A DNA stretch of 64,000 nt from a candidate division WOR-3 bacterium. GTDB taxonomy: Bacteria; Hydrothermota; Tepidihabitantia; Tepidihabitantales; Tepidihabitantaceae. The notes under the pieces are model-generated. The model worked only from the letters and a program-made list of their open reading frames with translations. It did not search any database and had not been told where the DNA came from. Position numbers and translations under genes: made by a program. Location of the stretch: contig CBFGKH010000001.1 of assembly GCA_965649295.1 (NCBI GenBank), forward strand, positions 1-64,000, in the 5' to 3' direction. Position 1 is the stretch's first letter. Every line of letters starts with the position of its first letter. Below are positions 63,385 through 64,000 of the stretch, in pieces.

Positions 63385-63482
63385 CGAACCTGACCGCTGG
63401 CAGTTCCACATCTGACTACCGCCTCCCATACTCAACCGCACAAGCATGGATGTGACTGCCTCGTGCACCCCTTTCTAGGTGC

Positions 63483-63522
63483 AGAACCGAACCGTTCACA
63501 TCGGTTCTAACACTCGGTTCTA
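63483..63522. repeat. Inverted plus direct AGAACCGA/TCGGTTCT repeats (candidate operator)
   Basis: AGAACCGA 63483-63490; TCGGTTCT 63501-63508; TCGGTTCTA 63514-63522. Confidence 0.45.
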
Positions 63523-63866
63523 CAATCTGATAGCCGGATTCTCGTAGTTACCCCTCCCCTGTCTCCGGGGTTGTCGCCGATGCTCCTGCCAAGTCCCTCA
63601 GGCACAAGCCTGGTCAAGGCACTTACCAATAGACCAGCGACTGGACTCAGAACTAAGCCATCGCAGCAGCCCGCGACTGAGCAGGATGACAGCTTCCGCA
63701 GGATGCCTCGGAAACCCCAAGAGACCGGGCTTCGAGAGCTACCCTCGCTTGGGCGCGCAGACGACCCTCACTAGGGCCACGACCGAGCCTTCCCAGTACG
63801 GTCTCGATGCTGGCTTTGCTTGACGCTACCGGATCCTAATGTCGGAGCGACTGTTCCGCGCCGACA

Positions 63867-64000
63867 CTAGTACTCTCCACGAGTGAAGAAGAAAACCGCA
63901 GCAGCGGTGGCAACAGCACCGAACAGGATCAAGAACCCGATATCGAACCACGGATTGTAGTACCCGAACCCAAGGACGAGTCTGCGAATCAGGTCCACAC
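63867..64000 (-). CDS. C-terminus of a membrane protein, probably an ABC-2 type permease (partial; runs off the window)
   Basis: VDLIRRLVLGFGYYNPWFDIGFLILFGAVATAAAVFFFTRGEY-stop. Confidence 0.6.
   Translation of the reverse strand, partial: VDLIRRLVLGFGYYNPWFDIGFLILFGAVATAAAVFFFTRGEY

Noticed and set aside
63675..63745. NiCo-riboswitch-like words CTGAGCAGG and CCGGGC near hypD
   Set aside because: Wrong strand relative to hypD, no downstream gene to control, and the closing GCAACAG is missing.

Overview
GC-rich (visibly >50%) bacterial chromosomal window from a diderm organism. Its secreted proteins (gingipain C25 paralogs, T9SS-type C-terminal sorting domains, a KGNxTNxFWxY Kelch propeller) suggest candidate division WOR-3 or another FCB-related lineage; this taxonomy is inference. 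It is mostly core genome: rpmB, GDP-sugar genes, rimP-nusA-infB, uppP, tRNA-Ala(GGC), mnmG, rluB-like, clpC, bamA, folE2, radC, comF, lgt and hypDE. No mobile element or CRISPR array is visible. The most striking unexplained element is a ~670-nt, highly base-paired non-coding region on the minus strand (about 10737 to 10071), divergent from rimP-nusA-infB. It has a sigma54-type promoter, candidate enhancer repeats, an rRNA-type boxA, several long helices whose imperfect pairs are G-U only on the minus strand, and a U6 end, making it a candidate novel large ncRNA. Other notable items: a second structured ~440-nt leader before a gingipain gene; an operon linking a DNA-binding HhH/beta-barrel protein, two PorV/FadL-like barrels, a 5'-nucleotidase and RecJ (candidate nucleic-acid uptake/scavenging system); and pervasive apparently leaderless promoters. 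All calls come from visual motif recognition only; no database searches were run.
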